Positions 1 to 8,691 of a stretch of 56,092 bases of DNA are shown piece after piece. Under the pieces are notes generated by a model that made no database searches, was not told the origin of the DNA, and saw only the letters and a program-made list of their open reading frames with translations. Position 1 is the first letter of the stretch, and every line of letters begins with the position of its first letter. The stretch is from positions 1-56,092 of the forward strand of contig CBHWET010000003.1 of NCBI GenBank assembly GCA_966112985.1, in the 5' to 3' direction. This stretch comes from an uncultured bacterium (GTDB lineage: Bacteria > Verrucomicrobiota > Verrucomicrobiia > Limisphaerales > JACDHS01). The position numbers and the translations under genes are program-made.

Positions 1-1
1 C

Positions 2-811
2 CTCGCCGGTCTGATTGGAAGACATGCTCAGGTATACGTGCAGAATACCGGTCAACGAATCCGCGTAGCTTTGCGCCAGTTCAGCAATGTGGAAAAGGGA
101 GTCATACACGTCGCGGTAATAAGGGACGAGATGGGGACGAATCAATTTGAATTCACCATTGGCAAATCGAGCAAGGACTTCTCGCTGCGGACCAATGATC
201 TGCCGCAGATGAAATACCTCTTTTTTAATCTGCAGAATCCGATTCAACGTTCGCTTCGTCGGATTCTGCAGCGCCTCGGCTTCCAGTTCACCGATCTCAC
301 CCGCCAATTCATCGAGGGCAGGTTTATAATTTTCAACCAACGCATCCAGCAACGTATGCGCAACGCGATCGGGTGCACGCGCAATATGTACCGTGCTCTT
401 CAAACATCGGTCCTCGGTCGACTGGACCGGCTTCAGAGCAACATCGTGGTAAGTCACCAGAAAGTTTTTACCCAAAAAGAAGTTCAACTCCTTCGTCGCA
501 AAAACGCCGTCCTTTCGGCTGTAGTCCACGCCATGGATCACCATGAACAGGTATGGAGAAAACTTATCTTCTTCCTTGGGATTGTATTCTTCAACTTTTG
601 GAGAAGGACTGATGCCAACGCAGTCTTCGATCGAAAGCGGATGAAAGTGGAAAATATCCTCGAGAACCAACTTGTTTTCTTCGGCGGTGGGACTTTCGAG
701 GTCAACCCAAAGAAATAGATTCGTATCTGCCAACAATGTCGGCATGAGAAACGTTTCGATGTCTTTGCTGTGCAGTTTGCCTTGGGTTGTAAATGCAAAC
801 GACCTGATCAT
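2..811 (-). CDS. corA: Magnesium/cobalt transporter CorA (runs off the window start)
   Basis: Not in the ORF track because it has no stop in the window. Manual translation from ATG at 811 gives MIRSFAFTTQGK...WVDLESPT...FHFHPLSIEDC...PKVEEY...ELNFFLGKNFLVTYH...LLDALVENY...YYRDVYDSL...YLSMSSNQTGE, typical of the CorA cytoplasmic domain leading to TM1. Confidence 0.9.
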   Translation of the reverse strand, partial: MIRSFAFTTQGKLHSKDIETFLMPTLLADTNLFLWVDLESPTAEENKLVLEDIFHFHPLSIEDCVGISPSPKVEEYNPKEEDKFSPYLFMVIHGVDYSRKDGVFATKELNFFLGKNFLVTYHDVALKPVQSTEDRCLKSTVHIARAPDRVAHTLLDALVENYKPALDELAGEIGELEAEALQNPTKRTLNRILQIKKEVFHLRQIIGPQREVLARFANGEFKLIRPHLVPYYRDVYDSLFHIAELAQSYADSLTGILHVYLSMSSNQTGE

Positions 812-871
812 TGGAGCGATGTGACCACAGTTCGGGAGTTTTGTCGCCACTTAGATAAGATCAGCGACAAC

Positions 872-903
872 AAAAAACCCGCCGGGCAAAAGCGCGGCGG
901 GTT
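872..903 (-). terminator. Rho-independent terminator
   Basis: Stem AACCCGCCG / CGGCGGGTT followed on the minus strand by TTTTTTG, about 15 nt after the stop of the 918..1259 gene. Confidence 0.75.
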
Positions 904-917
904 CGTGAAAAAACGTT

Positions 918-1259
918 TTACTTCACTTCTTCAATTTTGTTGGCAGTCATTTCCATCTTACCGTCGACTTTCTTCACAGTGCCGGTGGCTTTGACCTGCT
1001 TGCTTTCCTTGCAGATCTTTTCATGGAAGTTCTTTGCCGTTTCATTGTTCTCCAGCAAATAGGTCACCTTCTTGCCGGACTTTGTTTCAGTTTCAATAGC
1101 AGCCTGGCATTTGTCGGTTTGATGCAAGGCGCACTTGGCGCACTTGGCTTCACCTTTAATGGTCTTTTCCTTGGCTTCAGCGTCCTTCGCGAAGGAAGGC
1201 GTTGCCAAAGCGGCGAAGAGCAATGTCGAGAGAGTTAACGTAAACAATTTGGTTTTCAT
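918..1259 (-). CDS. Small secreted Cys-motif protein (DUF6370-like)
   Basis: Signal peptide MKTKLFTLTLSTLLFAALATPSFA, then GEAKCAKC...KCQ...FHEKIC, Lys-rich. ATG 1259 preferred over the GTG at 1268. Confidence 0.7.
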   Translation of the reverse strand: MKTKLFTLTLSTLLFAALATPSFAKDAEAKEKTIKGEAKCAKCALHQTDKCQAAIETETKSGKKVTYLLENNETAKNFHEKICKESKQVKATGTVKKVDGKMEMTANKIEEVK

Positions 1260-1357
1260 ATTTATCACTTCAAACCTTTGACTGCGCTGGTTTGAATTTG
1301 TTCAATGGAACTGAATTACCGGCTACACACAATCAGGGAAAGTCCCACTCGTATTAC

Positions 1358-2962
1358 TCAGTTCTTCGTCTCGGTAACCGTTTCAGCGGGTAAAGCACTC
1401 AACTGGATCGCTTCATTCCGCTGGGCAAAAAAGTCGCACGCCCACTGTTCCTGAAAGAGGATGACTTGCTGTCCTTTGGCATCAATTGCAAGTCGCGCCC
1501 CCGTTGGAAGAATACCTTCATCAATCGGACCTCCACTCACGACCCATCGTATGATGCTCCACGGGGCCTGTTCGAGCCGGGACTCGGCACCGTATTCCGT
1601 CTGCAACCGGAATTGCACCACTTCAAATTGCAACGGGCCGACTGCCCCGAGCAACGGCACGCGTTGCGTTGAACTCGGTATCGTGAACGATTGCACAACA
1701 CCTTCCTGCAGCAATTGCTCCAAACCTTCGCGAAAACGTTTGAATTGCGCCGTACTTGGGCTTTGCAACCACGCGAAACATTCTGGCGTAAACCGCGGAA
1801 TCTCGTCGAACTTCAACGCGGGATCTTCCGCCAGCGTATCGCCAATTCGAAAGTCCGCATGCCCAACCAAACCAACGACATCTCCCGGAAAAGCTTCATC
1901 CACAGTCTCGCGATCGCGTCCGAATAACTTGTGCGAACTCGAAAGGCGCAGCTTCTTGCCAGTCCGCGTATGGACGACTGACATGTCGCGCTCGAATTTA
2001 CCTGAACAAATCCGCACGAACGCCAGACGATCGCGGTGTTTCGGATCCATGTTCGCCTGGATCTTAAAAATGAATCCGGAAAACCCGTCTCGTTCCGGAG
2101 AAATGACTCGCCCATTCACGGCACGGGGTTTCGGCGTCGGTGCCAGATCAAGAAAGGCGTCGAGCAACAGTTGAACGCCGAAGTTATTGACCGCGCTGCC
2201 GAAGAAGACGGGCGTTAATTTCCCAGCGAGAACTTCCTCATGATTGAACGAAGCCCCTGCCCCTTCAAGCATCGCCAGCTCTTCGAGCACATGCGCGTAG
2301 GTATCGGGCGTCATTGTATCGCGAACCGCTGGATCAGAAACATCATGAACTGAAACCGGCGCGCGATAGGCGCCACTTGGCACCTTTTCAAAGAAATGCA
2401 CCTGCTTGCTCTGGCGATCGAAGAGACCGCGGAACTCGTTACCATTGCCGAGCGGCCAATTCACAGGGTAAGCCGAAATACCGAGAACACGCTCGAGTTC
2501 ATCCAGCAACAACAAGGGATCACGCGATGGCCGATCCAATTTATTCATGAACGTGAAAATCGGAACGCCACGCTGGCGACAAACTTCAAACAGCTTGCGC
2601 GTTTGGCTTTCAATACCTTTACCGGCATCAATCACCATGACCGCAGCGTCAACGGCCGTGAGCACGCGATAGGTGTCTTCAGAAAAATCTTTGTGACCCG
2701 GAGTATCCAGCAGATTGACGCAATAGCCACGGTATTCAAACTGCAGCACGGTTGAGCTGACGGAAATGCCGCGTTGTTTTTCCAACTCCATCCAGTCGGA
2801 CGTCGTAGCGCGTTGATTTTTGCGGGCGGTAACTGACCCGGCCAACTGCACGGCGCCACCGTACAGGAGGAACTTTTCCGTCAACGTTGTTTTACCGGCG
2901 TCAGGATGCGAAATGATCGCAAAGGTGCGGCGACGCGAAATCTCTTTTTCAATAGGCTGCAT
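1358..2962 (-). CDS. prfC: Peptide chain release factor 3
   Basis: RRRTFAIISHPDAGKTTLTEK, SDWMELEKQRGISV, DTPGHKDFSEDTYR, FKIQANMDPKHRDR, GAVGPLQFEV. Confidence 0.97.
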   Translation of the reverse strand: MQPIEKEISRRRTFAIISHPDAGKTTLTEKFLLYGGAVQLAGSVTARKNQRATTSDWMELEKQRGISVSSTVLQFEYRGYCVNLLDTPGHKDFSEDTYRVLTAVDAAVMVIDAGKGIESQTRKLFEVCRQRGVPIFTFMNKLDRPSRDPLLLLDELERVLGISAYPVNWPLGNGNEFRGLFDRQSKQVHFFEKVPSGAYRAPVSVHDVSDPAVRDTMTPDTYAHVLEELAMLEGAGASFNHEEVLAGKLTPVFFGSAVNNFGVQLLLDAFLDLAPTPKPRAVNGRVISPERDGFSGFIFKIQANMDPKHRDRLAFVRICSGKFERDMSVVHTRTGKKLRLSSSHKLFGRDRETVDEAFPGDVVGLVGHADFRIGDTLAEDPALKFDEIPRFTPECFAWLQSPSTAQFKRFREGLEQLLQEGVVQSFTIPSSTQRVPLLGAVGPLQFEVVQFRLQTEYGAESRLEQAPWSIIRWVVSGGPIDEGILPTGARLAIDAKGQQVILFQEQWACDFFAQRNEAIQLSALPAETVTETKN

Positions 2963-3097
2963 TTATTTCGAGCGGGAGACTGTTCACCATCTTCCGGGTT
3001 TTCGCAATTACGGATAAAGGGGCTATGAAGCAGCTGGTGGTCACATGGAATAGAATGCGCCAACTCTCTACGAAAGGGCACAGCCCAAAGAAAATCA

Positions 3098-3358
3098 CTA
3101 ACACCCCGTAAGTTCCTGCTTCTCCTCTTTCTTTTTCCAGCGAAAGAAGCCGTAACAGTTAAAGAGAATAAAGAAGATGTTCGAAAGGATGCTCGCGATG
3201 CTGTGGGTTAAAAATCCAAATATCACCCAACCTAGCCCGCACAGGACACCGTAGACAAAACCGCACCGCTTTTCCTTCGCAACGAAGTACGTCGACATCA
3301 ACCCGAATATCATCCCGAACCAATCTGCGCCCTTAAATTTTAACAGCTCTTCTTGCAC
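3098..3358 (-). CDS. Small 3-TM membrane protein, PnuC/SemiSWEET-like half transporter
   Basis: 86 aa with three hydrophobic segments and a W/G pattern ending YGFFRWKK. Starts 7 nt after the M48 gene stop. Confidence 0.6.
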   Translation of the reverse strand: MQEELLKFKGADWFGMIFGLMSTYFVAKEKRCGFVYGVLCGLGWVIFGFLTHSIASILSNIFFILFNCYGFFRWKKKEEKQELTGC

Positions 3359-3364
3359 TTGTAC

Positions 3365-4177
3365 TTACAGTTGGCGGCTGCGACTCGATTCATATTCGGC
3401 CATGGCCTTCGGCATAAACTCGCGCAAGCGCTCGATGCGCGTTCCATGGGACGGATGTGTCGACATGAATTGCGGTGGCTGATTTCCGCCCGCCTCACTC
3501 ATGCGCTGCCAGAATTCTATGCTCTCTCGCGGGTCGTAACCCGCCCGTGCCATATAAAGAACGCCCATCTGATCAGCTTCGGATTCGTGCTCGCGGCTGA
3601 AGGGAAGAATCACGCCATACTGCGCACCAGCGCCAAGCGCTGCCATAGCCATCTGCCGCTGTTGCGTGTCGAGGTTCGCCATTGAAAACTGCGCACCGAC
3701 CAAGAATGTCTGGGCAAGAGTCGTTCGGAGTAATCGTTGTGAACCATGCCTCGCCACGGCATGCGCCATTTCATGCCCCATCACCGTTGCGAGGCCCGCT
3801 TCCGTTTTCGCGTAAGGCAGAATTCCCGTATAAACGACAATCTTTCCGCCCGGCAGACAAAACGCATTCACCTGCGAACTACGCACTACCGAAACGGCCC
3901 AATCAAAGTCCTTTGCCGAATCGCCCGTTGCAGCCGCCAATCTTTTTGCAACACGAACCACCATGTCGTATTCGGGTCCGCTGTCGACCGTCTCGGATTG
4001 CGACAAAATCTCCTGGTAACTCTGCAAACCGAGGGCCGATTCCTGTTGTGTCGAAAGTCCGACGCGGACGGCTTTGCCCGTTTCCGGATTAACTACTTTC
4101 TCGGCGTTGAAGTATTGAAGCGCCATCACGACCGCGGCGATGACGAGTGGCAGCCAGAAAATATGTCGACGTTGCAT
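3365..4177 (-). CDS. M48 family metallopeptidase (LoiP/Oma1-like)
   Basis: VNAFCLPGGKIVVYTG, HEMAH zinc motif, FSREHESEAD, STHP and an N-terminal TM segment. Confidence 0.93.
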   Translation of the reverse strand: MQRRHIFWLPLVIAAVVMALQYFNAEKVVNPETGKAVRVGLSTQQESALGLQSYQEILSQSETVDSGPEYDMVVRVAKRLAAATGDSAKDFDWAVSVVRSSQVNAFCLPGGKIVVYTGILPYAKTEAGLATVMGHEMAHAVARHGSQRLLRTTLAQTFLVGAQFSMANLDTQQRQMAMAALGAGAQYGVILPFSREHESEADQMGVLYMARAGYDPRESIEFWQRMSEAGGNQPPQFMSTHPSHGTRIERLREFMPKAMAEYESSRSRQL

Positions 4178-4284
4178 AGCAGGTGCGATCCCTGTTGAAA
4201 CGTAACCGGCGTTTGTCGGAGCTCAATAAGCAGGCGACACCGCTTCTCGCATGAGCGGCCGCCCTGAGAAATCCGGGCGGTAGC

Positions 4285-5196
4285 CTAGCGAGGGTCCGGC
4301 AAGATGTTCAGTTTACCTTCGCGGTCCAAACGTTGGATCTCTGCCGTATACCCCTGCCGAAACGTTGGATATTTAAAATTATAACCCAATTCCATCTTCA
4401 ACCGACGATTGGAAACCTTCTTGTTCGTCACACCACGTTTCTTCCATGTGTTCTCCTCCTCCGGCGCAAACGGCGGCATATACTTGCCAAGTGTTTCGGA
4501 CAGCCACCGGAAGAAATGGATATGCGCAACCGGCTCGTCATCCACGACGTTATATACTTCCCCTGCCCGTCCATTTTTAAGCGCGGCAATTATCGCGCCA
4601 ATCAAATCGTCACGATGAATCATGTTCGTAACGCGATCACCTTTTCCTGGAATCTTCGCTTCATTGCGCATGTATTGATGGAAAAAATGTCCGCGATCCG
4701 GCCCATAAATACCGGCAACGCGCAGCACAATGGCGGGAACTTTCTTTTCAGCGGCGGCTGCCAGCAACATCTTCTCGGTTTCGACGAGAATTTTCCCAGT
4801 GTCAGCTGCCGGTTCGGTTGGAGAATTTTCTTTAACCACCGAACCATCGTCCTGCCCGTAAACGCTGGTGCTGCTGGTGTAGATAAATTTCTTGGGCGGG
4901 CTCGTTTTAAGCCATTCGATGAGATTGCGATTGCCTTCAAGATAAACTTTTTTGTAGTCGTCGACACCGCCACCGCTCGACGACGTCGTGTTCACCACCC
5001 AGTCAAAAGGAAGTGCGATCTTCAGGAGGTCGTCAGGTTTCGTAATGTCGCAAGCGATAGGCGTTGCGCCCGCCTTTTTGATCTCTTCGAAGGCCGATTC
5101 AGACCGTCGAACGCCAAAAACTTCATGGCCCTGACGGGTCAATTCCGCTGCGAGGGGTAGACCAACGTACCCGCAGCCGATGATTAATACGCGCAT
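4285..5196 (-). CDS. NAD-dependent epimerase/dehydratase (atypical SDR, YeeZ-like)
   Basis: MRVLIIGCGYVG Rossmann motif, YTSSTSVYG, LRVAGIYGPDR, NMIHRDD, YNVVDD. Confidence 0.9.
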   Translation of the reverse strand: MRVLIIGCGYVGLPLAAELTRQGHEVFGVRRSESAFEEIKKAGATPIACDITKPDDLLKIALPFDWVVNTTSSSGGGVDDYKKVYLEGNRNLIEWLKTSPPKKFIYTSSTSVYGQDDGSVVKENSPTEPAADTGKILVETEKMLLAAAAEKKVPAIVLRVAGIYGPDRGHFFHQYMRNEAKIPGKGDRVTNMIHRDDLIGAIIAALKNGRAGEVYNVVDDEPVAHIHFFRWLSETLGKYMPPFAPEEENTWKKRGVTNKKVSNRRLKMELGYNFKYPTFRQGYTAEIQRLDREGKLNILPDPR

Positions 5197-5296
5197 GAAC
5201 AACGTTGTAGCGTCAGAACGGTCGACGTCCTAGAGAATAATCCGCTGCTTTTTAGGAAATCAGGCGAAGTTAACTGCGTCTTACGGCTTGAGTGAT

Positions 5297-5585
5297 CTTT
5301 TCGGGAATCAAAAAACATTTTGTTACGTAACAAAGCCTATTTTGGGAACCAAAACGGATTTTGGCAGCTACCAAACTGTTTTCTGGTAACCAAAATGGAC
5401 TTTGGCACGTGCCAAAGTGTTTTTTGGCAACCAAAACGGACTTTGTTACGTAACAAACTCTCTTTTGGTAATCAAAATAGACTTTGGTAGCTGCCAAAAT
5501 GTTTTTTGGGAACCAAAATACATTTTGTTACGTGGAAAACTTTTTTTTGGTAACCAAAAAAAAGTTTGGCACGTGCCAAAGTTTT
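5297..5585. repeat. Tandem array, exact 41-bp period, 7 units, each made of two alternating palindromes
   Basis: Units alternate TTTTGGNAACCAAAA and TTTG(GC/TT)ACGT(GC/AA)CAAA-type palindromes with 5-nt linkers. The central ACGT/AGCT falls at 5325, 5366, 5407, 5448, 5489, 5530 and 5571. Confidence 0.9.
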
Positions 5586-5852
5586 TTACGGCCCTGTAAA
5601 TCAACAACTTACAAAAAATGGGCAAATTTCTCGCTGTTTTCACTGGAATAGACAGGCAATTCGGCAAAAGACACAAAAGGCTGAATGAAACCCTGTGATG
5701 GAACCCCCTCTCTTCACAGCGAAAGCGTGAGTCCAGTCAGAACTATATAGTTGCGGCACCGCCCGCGGTGCGGGGCTCGGGGAAAGGAGCCGCTGAATAA
5801 AAGCTGCTGATTTACAGAGAATTGGAGATTTTTTGGGGCCACCTCTCTCCAG

Positions 5853-5885
5853 CTCTCTCCCCCATTTTGCAAATGGCGGAGAGAG
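5853..5885. repeat. REP-like hairpin (CTCTCTCC...GGAGAGAG type)
   Basis: CTCTCTCC-C-CCATTT-TGC-AAATGG-C-GGAGAGAG stem-loop, preceded by a second CCTCTCTCC. Confidence 0.55.
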
Positions 5886-6018
5886 GGTGCGCGCCTTGGA
5901 ATTTTCAGCGGCCCAACGACTTATACGGCCGTGCATGGGACGTCCCAAACAATCATAACTCAGCACAGTAAATCTGAATTTGTTACTTTTCTGCCGGATG
6001 CTACGTTAGGCGCTCACG

Positions 6019-8559
6019 ATGTCCGATCTCACCACGACAGCTGACGCTCCGGTCGAGGCTTTGCCCTCACAGCTACGCCTGCCCGAATTGCTCGCACCCG
6101 CCGGCGATTGGGAATGCGCAAAGGCCGCTGTCGAGAACGGTGCCGATGCGATTTATTTCGGGCTCGAAAAGTTTAATGCCCGCATGCGGGCGCACAACTT
6201 CACCGAAGCCGACCTTCCCAAATTGATGGAGTTTCTCCATCGACGCGGCGTGAAAGGCTACGTCACTTTCAACACCCTCGTCTTTGCAAACGAGATCGAC
6301 CAGGCCGAAGAATATCTCCGCAGCATTATTGCCTCAGGGGTCGACGCCGCAATCGTGCAGGACGTTGGGATCTGTCGTCTGATTCGCAAATTGTCGCCCG
6401 ATTTTCCGATTCACGGTTCCACGCAGATGACGGTGACGAGTGCGGGTGGTGTCGAGTTCGCCAAGGAACTCGGCTGCAATCTCGTCGTGCTCGCGCGCGA
6501 GTGTTCCATCAAGGAAATCGAAAAAATTCAGGCGGCGCAAAACAACTCGAACATCGGTTCGCAAACCAGTCTTCCCCTGGAAGTTTTTGTCCATGGCGCC
6601 CTCTGCGTCGCGTACTCCGGCCAATGCTTGACGAGTGAATCGCTGGGCGGCCGTTCAGCCAATCGTGGTGAGTGCGCACAGGCTTGCCGCATGCCGTATG
6701 AACTGATTTCCGATGGACAGAATGTTTCGCTTGGTGACAGGAAATATTTACTCAGTCCACAGGACCTCGCGGGCCTGGAGATTTTGCCGGAGTTGGTTCG
6801 CACCGGCGTGTCTTCGTTAAAAATTGAAGGCCGTCTGAAATCGCCAGAGTACGTCGCGAACATCACGCGCGTCTATCGGCAAACGTTGGACCGCCTGGCG
6901 AACAATGGGAAAAATGAGACTGCGGCCCGGAAGTACGAGGTTGAGATGGCTTTCTCGCGCGGCCTGTACACAGGCTGGTTCGGCGGCATCAATAATCAAC
7001 AACTGGTCCACGCACGATTCGGCAAAAAACGCGGCGTTTATCTCGGCCAGGTTAAACGAATCGAACGCGACAAGGTGCTATTAACGCTGGAAGCGCCGTT
7101 GAAGCCCGGTGACGGAATTGTTTTTGATAGCGGCCATCCCGACCAGAAGGAAGAAGGCGGCCGAATTTACACTGTCCAGCCGCGCGGCAATGAAACAGCG
7201 CTGGGTTTCGGCCGTGGTGATCTCGATTTCGCGAGAATCCATGTCGGCGATCGGCTGTGGAAAACCGATGATCCGGAGCTGAATAAGCAGCTCCGTGAAA
7301 CTTTCGCCGGTGACAAGCCACGTTTTCAACGCCCCGTCTCCGCGGAAGTTCATGGTCATGTCGGAGCGCCGTTGACTTTGATCGTCCGGGATGAACTTGG
7401 ACACGTCGTCCAGGAACAGTCTGCAATGCCGCTCGAAAAGGCGGAAAAACAGCCACTCACGGACGAGCGTCTGCGCGATCAACTCGGCCGACTCGGCGGA
7501 ACGCCTTTTAAGTTAGGCAATCTGATCAATCGCCTTGAAGGTGAAGTGATCCTGCCAATGAGCGAATTGAATCGTTTGCGCCGGGACGCTGCGACAAAAC
7601 TTGAAAGTCTACGTGCACAGCCCAAGCGCTGGACGTTGCATGAATCACGTTCGGAAGTTCGCGTCGTCGCGGACCGCGCTCCCGCCGCTCAAAGTCGCGC
7701 CGCCGAATTAATCGTCCTCGTGCGCAACCTGGCTCAACTGGAGGCAACACTGCGTTGCGGCATCGAAACCATTTACTGCGACTTCGAAGATCCAAAAAAA
7801 TATCGCGACGCAGTCCGCACCGCGCACGAATCGTTTGGCTGTGCCGGACCGCAGAAAACAATCTGGGTGGCGCCGCCGCGCATTTTCAAAATGGGCGAAG
7901 AATGGACGCTCAAGCAGGTGCGGTCCTCGGACGCTGATGGATATCTCGTTCGCAATTACGATCACCTGAAGTTCTTTGCAGATTGCCGCCGCACCGGTGA
8001 CTTCTCCCTGAACGTCGCGAACGGCCTCACGGCCGAGTATTTCAAAAACAAATTTGGCCTCGAACGCCTGACGGCTTCCTACGATCTAAACAACGCGCAG
8101 CTCGATGCGCTCCTGAAATCGGCGCCGCCAGAGTGGTTTGAGATCACTATTCATCAACACATGCCGATGTTTCACATGGAGCACTGCGTGTTCTGCGCGT
8201 TTCTTTCCAAAGGCACGGATTACACAAATTGCGGACGTCCCTGTGACAAGCACGACGTGAAACTTCGTGACCGTGTGGGAATGGAACATCCGTTGAAGGC
8301 GGACGTCGGCTGTCGTAACACCGTGTTTAACGCGCGCGCGCAAACCGGCGCTGAATTCGTGTCGAACTTCCTCTCCCTGGGCGTGCGCCATTTCCGGATC
8401 GAATTCGTCAACGAAACGCCGGAAGAGGTCACTCGCACGATTACGCAATATCGCAAACTGCTTCGCGGCGAAATCACAGGCGCACAACTCTGGCGCGAGC
8501 TGAAGGTTGTAAATCAGCTCGGTGTCACGCGTGGCCAAATGGAAAACGCCAGCCGTTAA
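6019..8559 (+). CDS. Peptidase U32 family protein with DUF3656, probable RlhA-like Fe-S RNA hydroxylase
   Basis: PELLAPAG, GADAIYFG, HGSTQM, EVFVHGALCVAYSGQC...SANRGECAQACR, SLKIEGRLKSPEY. 846 aa with a second degenerate U32 domain. U32 is secure; the RlhA function is inferred. Confidence 0.85.
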   Translation: MSDLTTTADAPVEALPSQLRLPELLAPAGDWECAKAAVENGADAIYFGLEKFNARMRAHNFTEADLPKLMEFLHRRGVKGYVTFNTLVFANEIDQAEEYLRSIIASGVDAAIVQDVGICRLIRKLSPDFPIHGSTQMTVTSAGGVEFAKELGCNLVVLARECSIKEIEKIQAAQNNSNIGSQTSLPLEVFVHGALCVAYSGQCLTSESLGGRSANRGECAQACRMPYELISDGQNVSLGDRKYLLSPQDLAGLEILPELVRTGVSSLKIEGRLKSPEYVANITRVYRQTLDRLANNGKNETAARKYEVEMAFSRGLYTGWFGGINNQQLVHARFGKKRGVYLGQVKRIERDKVLLTLEAPLKPGDGIVFDSGHPDQKEEGGRIYTVQPRGNETALGFGRGDLDFARIHVGDRLWKTDDPELNKQLRETFAGDKPRFQRPVSAEVHGHVGAPLTLIVRDELGHVVQEQSAMPLEKAEKQPLTDERLRDQLGRLGGTPFKLGNLINRLEGEVILPMSELNRLRRDAATKLESLRAQPKRWTLHESRSEVRVVADRAPAAQSRAAELIVLVRNLAQLEATLRCGIETIYCDFEDPKKYRDAVRTAHESFGCAGPQKTIWVAPPRIFKMGEEWTLKQVRSSDADGYLVRNYDHLKFFADCRRTGDFSLNVANGLTAEYFKNKFGLERLTASYDLNNAQLDALLKSAPPEWFEITIHQHMPMFHMEHCVFCAFLSKGTDYTNCGRPCDKHDVKLRDRVGMEHPLKADVGCRNTVFNARAQTGAEFVSNFLSLGVRHFRIEFVNETPEEVTRTITQYRKLLRGEITGAQLWRELKVVNQLGVTRGQMENASR

Positions 8560-8586
8560 AACTGGATTTGGCACGCCGTTGAAATA

Positions 8587-8665
8587 GTAGCAGCCGACGT
8601 AAGGAGGCTCTGACTTCTTCGCCAATTTACTAAGGCTATTTGAGCCTCCTTACGTCGGCTGCTAC
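8587..8665. repeat. GTAG-type REP doublet (24-bp perfect inverted repeat)
   Basis: GTAGCAGCCGACGTAAGGAGGCTC (8587-8610) and its exact reverse complement (8642-8665), between convergent genes. Confidence 0.85.
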
Positions 8666-8691
8666 GAAATAATTTGTTTTTCAACAGGCTG

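Noticed and set aside
38-718. 226-aa plus-strand ORF
   Set aside because: It is the antisense shadow of corA, which is clearly encoded on the minus strand.
841-870. TTGTCGC...GCGACAA inverted repeat upstream of corA (possible operator or Mg-sensing leader)
   Set aside because: The arms are only 7 bp, and the region is far too short for an M-box riboswitch. It cannot be distinguished from chance.
5270-5966. Short ORFs over array 1 and the REP-like region
   Set aside because: They are overlapping low-complexity translations of a 41-bp DNA repeat with no protein-like features.
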